A stretch of 64,000 nt of DNA from an uncultured archaeon. GTDB lineage: Archaea; Thermoplasmatota; Thermoplasmata; Thermoplasmatales; Thermoplasmataceae. The notes below the pieces were generated by a model. It saw nothing but the letters and a program-made list of their open reading frames with translations, made no database searches and had not been told where the DNA came from. The stretch is taken from the NCBI GenBank assembly GCA_000965745.1, contig CP009479.1, forward strand, positions 960,001-1,024,000. The letters are read 5' to 3'. Shown one piece after another: positions 9,682 to 19,188 of this stretch (position 1 is its first letter; the number at the start of each line of letters is the position of its first letter). A program made the position numbers and the translations under genes.

Positions 9682-9699
9682 GAAAGCGGAAACGCTTTC
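9682..9699 (+). terminator. GAAA-tetraloop hairpin followed by T-rich tract, probable terminator/processing signal
   Basis: GAAAGCG-GAAA-CGCTTTC, about 10 nt after the MFS stop. Confidence 0.4.
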
Positions 9700-9823
9700 C
9701 ACACTATATTTTTAATAAAACAATCACTTTTTTATTAATTAAGTATTTTACTCCCGGAATCCAGCAGAAAATGCTATTTGCAAAAGCTTTATATTTTTAA
9801 AGGTAAATCGGTATAAGAAAGCA

Positions 9824-10639
9824 ATGAGTTACAAGTATGACTTCGATCTGGAAAGAAAGGAACCTTATTCACCACAGGAGTTTATTGATCTCATGGGGAA
9901 TATTGCTGAAGAAAGGTGGGCAGGAATACACCATCCGCTAGTCAAGAAATTCCTCAAGGGTGAGCTGTCTAAGGAGCAGCTCAAGATCTGGGCAATACAG
10001 GAGTACTGGTTTTACAAGGGACCATCATACTGGTCTGCGGCTGAAGCTGCGAATGCACCCACACTATTGGATCAGCAGATACTCATGGACCCGCTTGTCA
10101 CTGAGATGGGAACAGGCGAGAAAGAATCCCACGTCTCTCTCTACATTAAATTCTGCAAGGCACTTGGGGCAACCGAAGATGAAGTAATCAACACGCCGCT
10201 TCTCCCAGGGACAGTTTCTGGAGTGATGGAATTCTACAACATATGCAAATTTCTTCCACTTCCCGAGGCCCTTGCCGCTGAAAAAATAGCCGGTGAAAAT
10301 GTCAATAAGATAAGGCACGAAAAGTATGTGGAAGCCTACAAGAAATATTACACATTTGTTCCAGAAGATGCAATGATATTCCATGCGGAACACGTTGAAG
10401 AAGATGTTGGGCACACACAGATAGGCCAGTACCTTGTCAAGAAATACGCGACCTCAAAGGAAGGGCAGAACAGAATGTGGGAAGCAGAGGTAAGATTCCT
10501 GGCACTCCAGTGGGTCCTTTACGATTCCATCTACAGAGTTGCCGTAGAAAAGGAGGACGTCCCAACGTTCAAAGTAAGCCAGTTCTTCCCGCTCCCCTAC
10601 TTCGACACCAATGACATCCCCGTTCCCGAATTCGACTGA
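9824..10639 (+). CDS. Heme-oxygenase-like diiron oxidase (CADD/PqqC/TenA superfamily)
   Basis: HPLVKKFLKGELSKEQLKIWAIQEY N-terminus; E...H (TEMGTGEKESH), GE and HVEEDVGH (HxxxDxxH) match CADD-type diiron ligands. Confidence 0.8.
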   Translation: MSYKYDFDLERKEPYSPQEFIDLMGNIAEERWAGIHHPLVKKFLKGELSKEQLKIWAIQEYWFYKGPSYWSAAEAANAPTLLDQQILMDPLVTEMGTGEKESHVSLYIKFCKALGATEDEVINTPLLPGTVSGVMEFYNICKFLPLPEALAAEKIAGENVNKIRHEKYVEAYKKYYTFVPEDAMIFHAEHVEEDVGHTQIGQYLVKKYATSKEGQNRMWEAEVRFLALQWVLYDSIYRVAVEKEDVPTFKVSQFFPLPYFDTNDIPVPEFD

Positions 10640-10643
10640 ATGA

Positions 10644-11444
10644 ATGGTGAATCCTGAAATGGCCGAAGTGAAAGGGAAACTGGAAAACAGGGTTGCGATA
10701 GTAACAGGAGGAAATTCCGGCATAGGACGAGGCATCGCTCTTGCTCTGGCGAAAGAAGGCGCATCTGTCGCCATTGGCGACATAGTCGACACACCAAGAG
10801 AGGGTGGAAAGGATACAGCATCGGTGATCAGAGACAATGGCGGGAAAGCCATTTTTGTCAAGACTGACGTATCGGACGAAAAATCCGTGGAAAATCTTGT
10901 GGAATCGGCAGTAAAGGAGTTAGGCAGTCTAGACATCATGGTCAACAACGCAGGGATAACACTCATGAAAAGCGCCCTCGACACTAGTGGAGACGAATTC
11001 CTCAACGTCCTGTCTGTAAACGTGAAGGGGGCATTCCTGGGGTCAAAATATGCCCTGAAGCACATGGTCAGGGCCCAGAAAGGGAAGATTATCAATCTTG
11101 CGTCCAACTTTTCTTACAACGCCCTTCCTAACCTTTCCGCGTACGTGACATCCAAGACTGCTGTACTGGGGCTCACCAGGGCACTTGCAGTGGAGTACGC
11201 GCCGGTGGGTATAAACGTGAACGCCATCTGCCCGGGAGCAACTAAGACGGAATTCACCAGGCCATTCTGGGGAAACAAGGAAGGGCTTAGCGAACTCAAG
11301 TCAAGAACGCCTCTGATGAAGAACGGGGAATTCCTGGTGAAGCCTGAAGATCTTGGGAAGCTTGCAGTTTTTCTTGCATCTGATGATTCCGACATGATAA
11401 CTGGAGAGGGAATCCTGGTAGATGCCGGCTGGAGCGCAATGTAG
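10644..11444 (+). CDS. Short-chain dehydrogenase/reductase (start possibly 10659)
   Basis: TGGNSGIG, NNAG, YVTSK, NAICPG, ITG..ILVDAG. Confidence 0.92.
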   Translation: MVNPEMAEVKGKLENRVAIVTGGNSGIGRGIALALAKEGASVAIGDIVDTPREGGKDTASVIRDNGGKAIFVKTDVSDEKSVENLVESAVKELGSLDIMVNNAGITLMKSALDTSGDEFLNVLSVNVKGAFLGSKYALKHMVRAQKGKIINLASNFSYNALPNLSAYVTSKTAVLGLTRALAVEYAPVGINVNAICPGATKTEFTRPFWGNKEGLSELKSRTPLMKNGEFLVKPEDLGKLAVFLASDDSDMITGEGILVDAGWSAM

Positions 11445-11578
11445 AAAAATTTTCCAAAAAAATATTTTTTTTTCAAAAGCACACCGGCCATCCTACATAA
11501 TCACATTTTAGCATGCTCTTGTAATCGCTGCTTCTAATGGTCGATAAAAATTTAAGCCCTTCTCACCTTAAAGCAGAT

Positions 11579-12400
11579 ATGAGCACTGAGAGCAAAGCAG
11601 AAGACATTATCAGAATGGTGTCTGAAGCCAAGGTCTATGACTTGGGACAGCCTTACTGGAAGGGAATGCCTGTACATCCTGCCGACCCACCCTTTGTTTT
11701 CTTCCTGTACAGGTACCACGAGCACACTGCAAAACTCTTCAAGGATATAGCCCCGGGTTTCGCCGACTCGATCGGATACATGACTTCCTCCATGCACGCC
11801 GGAACCCATCTGGACATGCCGGTCCATATGTCAAGGAACCTCAAGGTGATGGGGGAGGACATAACAAAATACGAGGACGACAGAGGCTATGTCGATGTTC
11901 CCGAAAAGCTTCCCACAGTAGACAGAATTAAACCGATAGTTAAGCGCGCAGTGCTGTTTGATGTACCAAAGACCAAGAACCTGGACATTCTGGACGAGAG
12001 GTATGAGATAACACCCGAAGACCTTGAAAAGACTCTTGAATCGGAGAATGTTGAGTTGAGGCCGGGGGACTGTGCATTGATAAGAACTGGCTACTCGAGA
12101 TTCTTTGAAACAGATGCTGACGCATACCTGCACAAGTTCGCAGGGCTCGGGGCCAAAGCAGCCCAGTGGCTTGTTGACAAAGGGGTATCACTCGTGGGCA
12201 TAGACAACCTTGCTGCCGGCGTTCCGAAGCCTTTCGAGGTGCACAACATCATACTTACGGACAATGGAAAATTCCTGATGAAGAGCCTGATGCTTGAAGA
12301 TCTTGCAAAGGACAGCAGGTACGTTTCCATGGTCGTGGTCTCCCCCCTCAGGATAAAAGGCGGAGAAGCATCCCTTGTAAGGCCAATAGCTATCGCCTGA
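11579..12400 (+). CDS. Cyclase family metal-dependent hydrolase (kynurenine formamidase/isatin hydrolase-like)
   Basis: HAGTHLD, LIRTG, VGIDN, PLRIKGGEAS.VRPIA; start placed at ATG 11579, ~28 nt after TTTAAG. Confidence 0.85.
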   Translation: MSTESKAEDIIRMVSEAKVYDLGQPYWKGMPVHPADPPFVFFLYRYHEHTAKLFKDIAPGFADSIGYMTSSMHAGTHLDMPVHMSRNLKVMGEDITKYEDDRGYVDVPEKLPTVDRIKPIVKRAVLFDVPKTKNLDILDERYEITPEDLEKTLESENVELRPGDCALIRTGYSRFFETDADAYLHKFAGLGAKAAQWLVDKGVSLVGIDNLAAGVPKPFEVHNIILTDNGKFLMKSLMLEDLAKDSRYVSMVVVSPLRIKGGEASLVRPIAIA

Positions 12401-12541
12401 AAACAAACCCCATTTTTATACACATCTCATTTTTTGCCCTCTCTCCGAACCGGGTTGCAAGTTTCTTTTCTCTTCCGGAATTATGCTCAGCCAAAGCACA
12501 AAATTATTACATATAATCCTTCTATTCCAACTGGTGATACT

Positions 12542-13759
12542 ATGACTTCAGAGACAGGCAAACAGTATTATGGTGATGATTGGTGGGTCAGCCCCTTCAA
12601 TTCGGTCGGCAACGATGAGATGAAAGTCAAGCTTCCTAAGAATGTACAGATTCATGACGTTACTCTAAGGGATGGAGAACAGACTCCCGGGATAGTATTC
12701 AACAAAGACGACAAGGTAAACATATCAAGGGCATTGAGCGAGATAGGCGTCCACAGGATTGAGGTCGGGATGCCGGTCATATCAAAGGAGGAGAAGGACG
12801 CAATAAAAACAATAACTTCAGAGAAGCTCTCGTCCAAGATATTCACACTTGCAAGGCTTATAAAAAACGATGTTGATCAATCGGCAGAATCGGGCGTGGA
12901 TGGCGTCATCCTTGAAACCCCTCTGGGAACCCCAAAGAGGAAGCAGCTCGGATGGTCTGTTGAAAAAGCAATGGACCTCACACTTGAAATGATCGACTAT
13001 GCAAAATCATACGGCCTCTTTGTATCGACTTTTGGGGTTGACACAACGAGAACCGAGGAGGATATTTACATGGATTACATCAAGGCGGTCACAAAGACAA
13101 AGGCAGACTCGATCACACTGGTGGACACATTCGGCTGCATAACATACGAAGGAATGTCATATCTTGCGGAGAAAGTTTCAAAGCTGACAGACAAGCCTCT
13201 TGAGGTCCACACACACAATGATTTCGGCCTTTCAGTGGCATCCTCCTTTGCTGCGGTGGCAAAGGGCGCTTCAACGGTCCATGTCGCAGTGAACGGAATT
13301 GGCGAAAGAACGGGGAATGCTCCACTTGATGAGATTGCGACGGGCCTGAAGTACCTCTACGGTATCGACACCGGAGTTAAGCTGAACAAGCTCTTCGAAC
13401 TGTCAAGGATGGTAGAGAAAAGATCTAACTTCATGCTTCCAAGCAACAAGCCTTTCGTGGGTACAAGGGCATTTGCAAGGGAAAGTGGTATATCTGTGGC
13501 CGGATGGGCAAAATTCAACCTTGGTTCAGAGCCAGTGCTTCCCGATGTTGTAGGAAACAAACACGAGGTAGTCGTGGGGAAGAAGAGTGGAAAGGGCTCA
13601 ATCGAGTACAAACTCAAAGAGCTTAGCCTATGGAATGACAACATCAAAGAGGAACAGCTTGAAAAGCTAATGATGATGGTAAAGGACAAGGCTCAGGCAA
13701 CCAAGAAGGAAGTGTCTGAGGAAGACTTCAGAAAATTTGCCGGGGAAGTCCTCTCCTAA
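12542..13759 (+). CDS. DRE-TIM metallolyase, homocitrate/isopropylmalate synthase-like, lacking the C-terminal regulatory domain
   Basis: DVTLRDGEQTPG, HTHNDFG, NGIGERTGNA, GKKSG; start at 12542 after GGTGA RBS. Confidence 0.85.
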   Translation: MTSETGKQYYGDDWWVSPFNSVGNDEMKVKLPKNVQIHDVTLRDGEQTPGIVFNKDDKVNISRALSEIGVHRIEVGMPVISKEEKDAIKTITSEKLSSKIFTLARLIKNDVDQSAESGVDGVILETPLGTPKRKQLGWSVEKAMDLTLEMIDYAKSYGLFVSTFGVDTTRTEEDIYMDYIKAVTKTKADSITLVDTFGCITYEGMSYLAEKVSKLTDKPLEVHTHNDFGLSVASSFAAVAKGASTVHVAVNGIGERTGNAPLDEIATGLKYLYGIDTGVKLNKLFELSRMVEKRSNFMLPSNKPFVGTRAFARESGISVAGWAKFNLGSEPVLPDVVGNKHEVVVGKKSGKGSIEYKLKELSLWNDNIKEEQLEKLMMMVKDKAQATKKEVSEEDFRKFAGEVLS

Positions 13760-13884
13760 TTTTTACCACATCTATATTCAATTTTTTCTGAGGTACCTAA
13801 ACCTCACCGGAATTTTGTCAAACTTCAGTATAATGTAATGGCATCTTTTAAATAACCAGTTTCAATTTTCTGTCCGGTGAAATT

Positions 13885-14730
13885 ATGAGTTGGGGAAAAT
13901 CTCCGGGAAGCCCGGATGTTCAGGAAGAAATTGACTGGAAAAGAAAGCAGACCCCTCCTGGAAAGAGGCTGGATGGACAGTATGCACTTGTAACTGGAGC
14001 ATCCAGGGGCTTTGGTAGAACCATCGCACTTGCTCTTGCAGAAGAAGGGGCACATGTGGCAGTCAACTACAACAGGTCCAAGAATGACGCAGAGGAAGTC
14101 GTTAAGGAAATTCAGTCCAAGGGGGTCAAGGCCATAGCTGTCCAGGCAGACATAAGGGACAGGAAGCAGGTTATTGCAATGGCAGACAAGGTCTGGAGCG
14201 AATGGGGCCGACTCGACATTCTCATCAACAATGCCGGTGAGACTGCTGCAAGCATGCAGTCATGGAGAGACATGGATGATGAGATAATAGATGAAACACT
14301 TGACCTTGATGTGAAGGGAACATTGTACTGCCTTCACGAATTTGGAATGAGGATGCTGGACAAGCAGAAAGAGGGCACAATAGTCAACGTTGCATCAAAT
14401 GTTATCGTAACAGGAAGCCCGAGATCACCAGTATATGCTGCTGCAAAATACGGAATAATCGGTCTGACAAAATCATACGCACTGGCATTCGCGCCGTATG
14501 TAAGGGTAAACGCAATGGCACCGGGATACATGGATACCCCTTCCCTCAGATCCAGGAAGGACTGGACTGATGACAGAAGGCAGTTTATGGTCAGCCAGAC
14601 GCCTCTGAGATCAATAGGCAAACCGGAAAACATAGCCTACACTGCAGTATTCCTGGCATCACAGGACTCTTTCCACATGACTGGAAACACGCTTCTCTGT
14701 GATGGCGGATTTGGAATGGTAGGAGCTTAA
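13885..14730 (+). CDS. Short-chain dehydrogenase/reductase
   Basis: TGASRGFG, NNAG, YAAAK, RVNAMAPG, MTGNTLLCDGG. Confidence 0.92.
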   Translation: MSWGKSPGSPDVQEEIDWKRKQTPPGKRLDGQYALVTGASRGFGRTIALALAEEGAHVAVNYNRSKNDAEEVVKEIQSKGVKAIAVQADIRDRKQVIAMADKVWSEWGRLDILINNAGETAASMQSWRDMDDEIIDETLDLDVKGTLYCLHEFGMRMLDKQKEGTIVNVASNVIVTGSPRSPVYAAAKYGIIGLTKSYALAFAPYVRVNAMAPGYMDTPSLRSRKDWTDDRRQFMVSQTPLRSIGKPENIAYTAVFLASQDSFHMTGNTLLCDGGFGMVGA

Positions 14731-14762
14731 CCCTTCTTTTTATTTTCTAATTTTTACATCAG

Positions 14763-16046
14763 GTGAAAAAAATGAGTGGAAAGCAAGGTACGGATATAGC
14801 AAACGCAATAGACAAAGAGTATCTGAAGCAGCTTGTGGTTGACATGGTCAACATACCGAGCCCTACAGGCAATGAGCAGCAGATGGGCGAATATGTGGCC
14901 CAGAAGATGAAAGAGCTCGGGATGGACGTAATCTGGCAGGAGGTCGAAGAGGGAAGGCCGAATGTAATAGGCATTCTGAGAGGAGACGGGACAGGGCCGT
15001 CACTGGAATTCGACGGCCATCTGGATGTTTCGTTCACCGGAACGGAAGAATTCATGTCGGGTGGCGCCTCTGCGGCTACAGCATCAATAAGGGAAGTCAA
15101 TGGAGAAGACTGGATATTCGGAGTAGGGAGCTTCAATATGAAAGGGGCTCTTGGAGCATACCTGGCGGCTGTCAAGGCAATTGTGGACTCAAAGATCAAG
15201 CTGAAGGGAGACCTCGTAATTTCTGCTACGTGCGGAGAGATCGAGGAAACACAGGTGGACGACTTCAAAGGAAAACAGTACAGAGGATATGGCGCTGGTG
15301 CCAAGTACGCAACATCGCACGGAGTCCTTCCGGATTATGCAGTTCTTGGAGAGCCAACAGGGCTTAACCTGATGATTGGACACTTCGGGTCATTCTGGGT
15401 AAAACTTACAGCAAGGGGCGGCACTGTCGTTCACACCGCATGGTCCAGGGAAACGCTGAACAAGATAGAGCAGTTCAACAAGGTTGTGGATCGTGTATCT
15501 GCCTGGAAGAAGGAGTTTGCTGACAAGACTCCCTACAAAGGGTACAACGGAATCGTGAACATAGCTGCAATCAACGGTGGGAGGCCATGGAAAGGTTCCA
15601 GGACCCCGGAGTCTGTTTCCCTTTACATGGACATCAGGTATCCGCCCGACTGGACTGCAATGCAGGTAAAGACAGAGATCGAAAAAATGGTTGAGAAACT
15701 CAACAGCGAAGACCCGGAGCTGAACCTTGTTGCCCAGCCGTATGCCATAAACCCGCCTACGGAAGTGCCCGATGATGCAGAGATAGTGACTGCCGTAAGA
15801 AATGCACACAAGCAAATCCTCGGCAAGGAACCGGGAACAACCTATGAACTCTGGTATTCCAACGCTCCAAGTTTCAATGCACTCGGAGCCAAAGCCATAA
15901 ACTACGGGCCATCAGGGGCGAAGAGGATAGAGGGGCTTACTCTCTCTGACAAGGACAGGGAATATATCAACGTAGACGACCTGTATCAGTGCACAAGGGT
16001 TTACTCACTTCTTGTATCTGATATTTGCATGAGAGAAAGAAACTAA
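14763..16046 (+). CDS. M20 family (ArgE/DapE-like) protein with atypical metal ligands (start possibly 14772)
   Basis: IPSPTGNE, GRPNVIG, FDGHLDV, GEPT, GTVVHT, DIRYPP; see finding on substituted ligands. Confidence 0.85.
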   Translation: MKKMSGKQGTDIANAIDKEYLKQLVVDMVNIPSPTGNEQQMGEYVAQKMKELGMDVIWQEVEEGRPNVIGILRGDGTGPSLEFDGHLDVSFTGTEEFMSGGASAATASIREVNGEDWIFGVGSFNMKGALGAYLAAVKAIVDSKIKLKGDLVISATCGEIEETQVDDFKGKQYRGYGAGAKYATSHGVLPDYAVLGEPTGLNLMIGHFGSFWVKLTARGGTVVHTAWSRETLNKIEQFNKVVDRVSAWKKEFADKTPYKGYNGIVNIAAINGGRPWKGSRTPESVSLYMDIRYPPDWTAMQVKTEIEKMVEKLNSEDPELNLVAQPYAINPPTEVPDDAEIVTAVRNAHKQILGKEPGTTYELWYSNAPSFNALGAKAINYGPSGAKRIEGLTLSDKDREYINVDDLYQCTRVYSLLVSDICMRERN

Positions 16047-16221
16047 AGTCGCCAAAAAGGAGAGTTTTAGAAACTCCCAATTTTAATTTTTTTTCAATAA
16101 ACCACAAAATACCTGTTTCTATGCATTGATATATAAACGGGACCTTATATGTAATAGTTCGAAATACGAAAGATTATAATGAAATCAGAATCTTTATATG
16201 GCAAGAATTCGTAAAACAGCC

Positions 16222-17610
16222 ATGGTTGATGAACCTGAAAAAGTATCTGAGAAGGAACTTAAGGAATTGGAGAAGGCCGCGAAAGAGGAAAGCGGCGGAT
16301 ACATAATATTCCTTCTTGTAGTTGTTTACTTGGGGTGGGGGTTAATCAATACAGACTCGAATCTGATATTGATTCTTTCAGGTCCAATTTTGAGTGCTCT
16401 AGGGTTGACATTGCAGCAATTCTCGTACATTGTATCGGCAGGATTCGCTGCGAGTTTCGTCCTCAGTCTGTTTCTGGGTCCACTGGGGGACAAGTTTGGA
16501 AGAAGATTTGTGCTTCAGCTCACGCTTGTTGGGACTGCGTTCTTTTCGGTACTGCAGTACTTCATCAACAGCTTCCTGAGCTGGTTCGGCATCAGGCTGG
16601 GAGCAGGCGCTTTCACTGGTGGTGAATGGGGTGCAGGTGCTACGGCCCTTTCCGAGACAGTCGACAAGAAGTACAGGGGTTTTGTCCTCTCAATAATGCA
16701 GTCGGGCTGGGTTTTTGGATATGGTCTGGCCAGTGTGATTTCACTGTTCGCAATAACAACATTCGGGGCCGCAAACGGATGGAGGATTGCTTTCCTGTTC
16801 GCCTTCCTGCCTGCAGTTCTCGTGCTCGCATTGAGGTTCTATGTGAAGGACCCTGAAAGGTTCAAGCATCTGAAGGACGTCGCTGCGGCCAAGAAAAGCG
16901 GAGACCAGGCAGTCCTAGCTGACCTTCTTACAAGGCACAAGGTAGATATTGAAAAGATCACCATGCCAAGCTACAGGCAGCTCTTCTCAAAGGATCTCGT
17001 GAGGATGACAATAGTACTTGCATTCTGGAACTTCATAACAACCGGGATAGCAATTACATCCAACACCTTCCAGCCAACATACTTCGAAGCTCAGTACTCC
17101 TTCGACCAGGTAACAACAATGTTCCTGATTGTTTCATTTGCAGGAATAATCGGGTATATCGCCAACGGTGTGCTCAACGATCGTATCGGTGCCAAGTACT
17201 CCATAATGATATTCGCTGCTATTGAGGTACTGGGCATACTCTTCCTGACATACTCAACAACCAACATTGTGAACCTGTATATATTCTACATAATGTTCTT
17301 CCTCGCAGAAAACGGTCAGTTCTCTGGTCTGATAAGGATGAATACCGAGAATTTCCCCACGAGGGTCAGAGTTACAGGTGCAATATGGGGTGGGGCTTTC
17401 TGGAGCCTTGGACAGGCAGTGTGGCCGCTCATTTTCGGTCAGGCTCTTGCAGTATTCGGTGTTTTCTCTGCAACTGGGATAAATATAGGGGCGTTCAACA
17501 ACGCATGGCTTTACGTTGAGGTATTTCCGGAGATAATTGCCATCATCATATTCTTCCTGGTCATGAAGAACACACCGCCAAGGAAGGAGCTCGAAGAGAT
17601 CGCTGTTTAA
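16222..17610 (+). CDS. MFS transporter (aromatic acid/sugar porter-like)
   Basis: GPLGDKFGRR motif A, GGEWG, ENFPTRVR; start 16222 lies ~24 nt after TTTATA (ORF track start 16198). Confidence 0.88.
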   Translation: MVDEPEKVSEKELKELEKAAKEESGGYIIFLLVVVYLGWGLINTDSNLILILSGPILSALGLTLQQFSYIVSAGFAASFVLSLFLGPLGDKFGRRFVLQLTLVGTAFFSVLQYFINSFLSWFGIRLGAGAFTGGEWGAGATALSETVDKKYRGFVLSIMQSGWVFGYGLASVISLFAITTFGAANGWRIAFLFAFLPAVLVLALRFYVKDPERFKHLKDVAAAKKSGDQAVLADLLTRHKVDIEKITMPSYRQLFSKDLVRMTIVLAFWNFITTGIAITSNTFQPTYFEAQYSFDQVTTMFLIVSFAGIIGYIANGVLNDRIGAKYSIMIFAAIEVLGILFLTYSTTNIVNLYIFYIMFFLAENGQFSGLIRMNTENFPTRVRVTGAIWGGAFWSLGQAVWPLIFGQALAVFGVFSATGINIGAFNNAWLYVEVFPEIIAIIIFFLVMKNTPPRKELEEIAV

Positions 17611-17677
17611 GTTTTGGAAAACCAAAACACCATTTATTTTTTAACTTACCTCTGATTATAGCGAAGGAGTTGTACAG

Positions 17678-18457
17678 ATGAGCGATGACGGGAAAGAGAT
17701 AATTTTCAAGGTACAGGGGAACTGCATAATAGTCGAGATAAACAGGCCCGAGAAGAACAATGTGCTGAACAATGAAATCAGGAAAGAGATCGTGGATTTT
17801 CTTGAAAAGTACAGGGAGGACGGGAAGATCAAGAGTGTCATATTTACAAGCAACGGCAAGAATTTCAGCGCCGGTGCAGACTTAAACAACCTTCTGTCAC
17901 TGGATGAGACTTCTGTAAAGGAATATACAGGATTCGTGAAGTATTTTCTCGAATTTATACAGAATTACCCAAAGGTTACAATCGGTGCTGTTCATGGAAT
18001 AGCAGTTGGGGGCGGTGTCGAACTTCTTCTTGCTCTCGATCTTGCAATTGCAACTGAAGATGCGAGATTCGGCCAGACTGAGCTTAACGTCGGCCTTATT
18101 CCAGGAGGCGGAGGAACACAGAGGCTTCCAAGGGCAGTCGGTGTAAGGAAGGCAAGGGAAATGATTTTCACAGGAAGGCTTATCAAAGCAGATGAAGCCT
18201 ACCAGTATGGCCTTGTCAACAGGATAGTTCCAGAGGAGTCGCTGATGGATGAAGCCCTGAAACTTGCTGAAAGAATCGGCGAAAAGAGCTCGTTGTCAAT
18301 TGCATTGGCAAAGAAGGCAATCAACGATCAATGGGCACCGTTAACCAACTCATTCGACCTGGAATCGCAGCTTTATGCAAGGATACTTCTTGAAGACGAC
18401 GGAAAAGAAGGCATAAGAGCGTTTCTGGAAAAGAGAAAACCAAACTACAGGGATTGA
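17678..18457 (+). CDS. Enoyl-CoA hydratase/isomerase (crotonase)
   Basis: NRPEKNN, FSAGADL, GGGVELLL, FGQTELNVGLIPGGGGTQRLPR, AFLEKRKP. Confidence 0.92.
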   Translation: MSDDGKEIIFKVQGNCIIVEINRPEKNNVLNNEIRKEIVDFLEKYREDGKIKSVIFTSNGKNFSAGADLNNLLSLDETSVKEYTGFVKYFLEFIQNYPKVTIGAVHGIAVGGGVELLLALDLAIATEDARFGQTELNVGLIPGGGGTQRLPRAVGVRKAREMIFTGRLIKADEAYQYGLVNRIVPEESLMDEALKLAERIGEKSSLSIALAKKAINDQWAPLTNSFDLESQLYARILLEDDGKEGIRAFLEKRKPNYRD

Positions 18458-18478
18458 AAAATAAAAACAGTGGTAAAT

Positions 18479-18910
18479 CTACTGTTTCTTTACCATTATA
18501 GTGTGCTCTACTTCCATGACTTTATCGCCATTCTGGTTGAAGACATCTGAATGTAGGGTAACTATTCCGTCTTCCTGCCTTTCTCTTTTTTCCTTGACGG
18601 TGGATTCACAGGTTATTGTATCCCCTATCTTTACGCTCTTTTTTGCCTTGAAGCTCGATCCAAGAAGGGCCACGAACCCCTTCTCAAACGGAGCGCTTGG
18701 AAACAGATAAATCAAGCCTGTAGCCATTGAGGCAGTCAGATACCCTGGCGCAATCCTGCCGCCGAATGAAGTTTTACTTGAAAATTCTTCATCAAGAAAC
18801 AGGGAGTTATGAGCGCCGGTCATGGTTGAGAAGAGAACTATGTCTGCTTCTGTGATGGTTCTGCCCTTGGACTTCTCCTTGAAATCATCCGTAAACTCTT
18901 CAAAATACAT
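18479..18910 (-). CDS. MaoC-like hot-dog fold dehydratase
   Basis: MYFEEF, RTITEADIV.F..MTG, FGGRIAPG, GDTI, NQNGD.V; the canonical D-x4-H motif appears altered (GAHNSLFLD). Confidence 0.8.
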   Translation of the reverse strand: MYFEEFTDDFKEKSKGRTITEADIVLFSTMTGAHNSLFLDEEFSSKTSFGGRIAPGYLTASMATGLIYLFPSAPFEKGFVALLGSSFKAKKSVKIGDTITCESTVKEKRERQEDGIVTLHSDVFNQNGDKVMEVEHTIMVKKQ

Positions 18911-19188
18911 TATGGAAGAATGGTCAGGAATGATAATAGCTTTTCCGGTACCAGCTGTTGCATTGATGGCCTGTGAGGCAAGAGCATCCCAAGGACGCTC
19001 TGTACATCTGTCAGGCTGTCGGAATACAAGTCAGGGATCGAACCACTCAAAAAAACCCCATTCCAAAAAAGGGAAATGCCAATTCTGGAACTCAATGATA
19101 TAATAATCGAACGGAATCAATACACTAACCACTGCTTATTAGCACCTGGGACTGAAAAATATTTTAACAGCAAAGGACATTCCATACT

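Noticed and set aside
9824-10639. PQQ biosynthesis (pqqC) or thiaminase II (tenA)
   Set aside because: No other pqq or thiamine genes in the window, and the ligand pattern is the diiron CADD type
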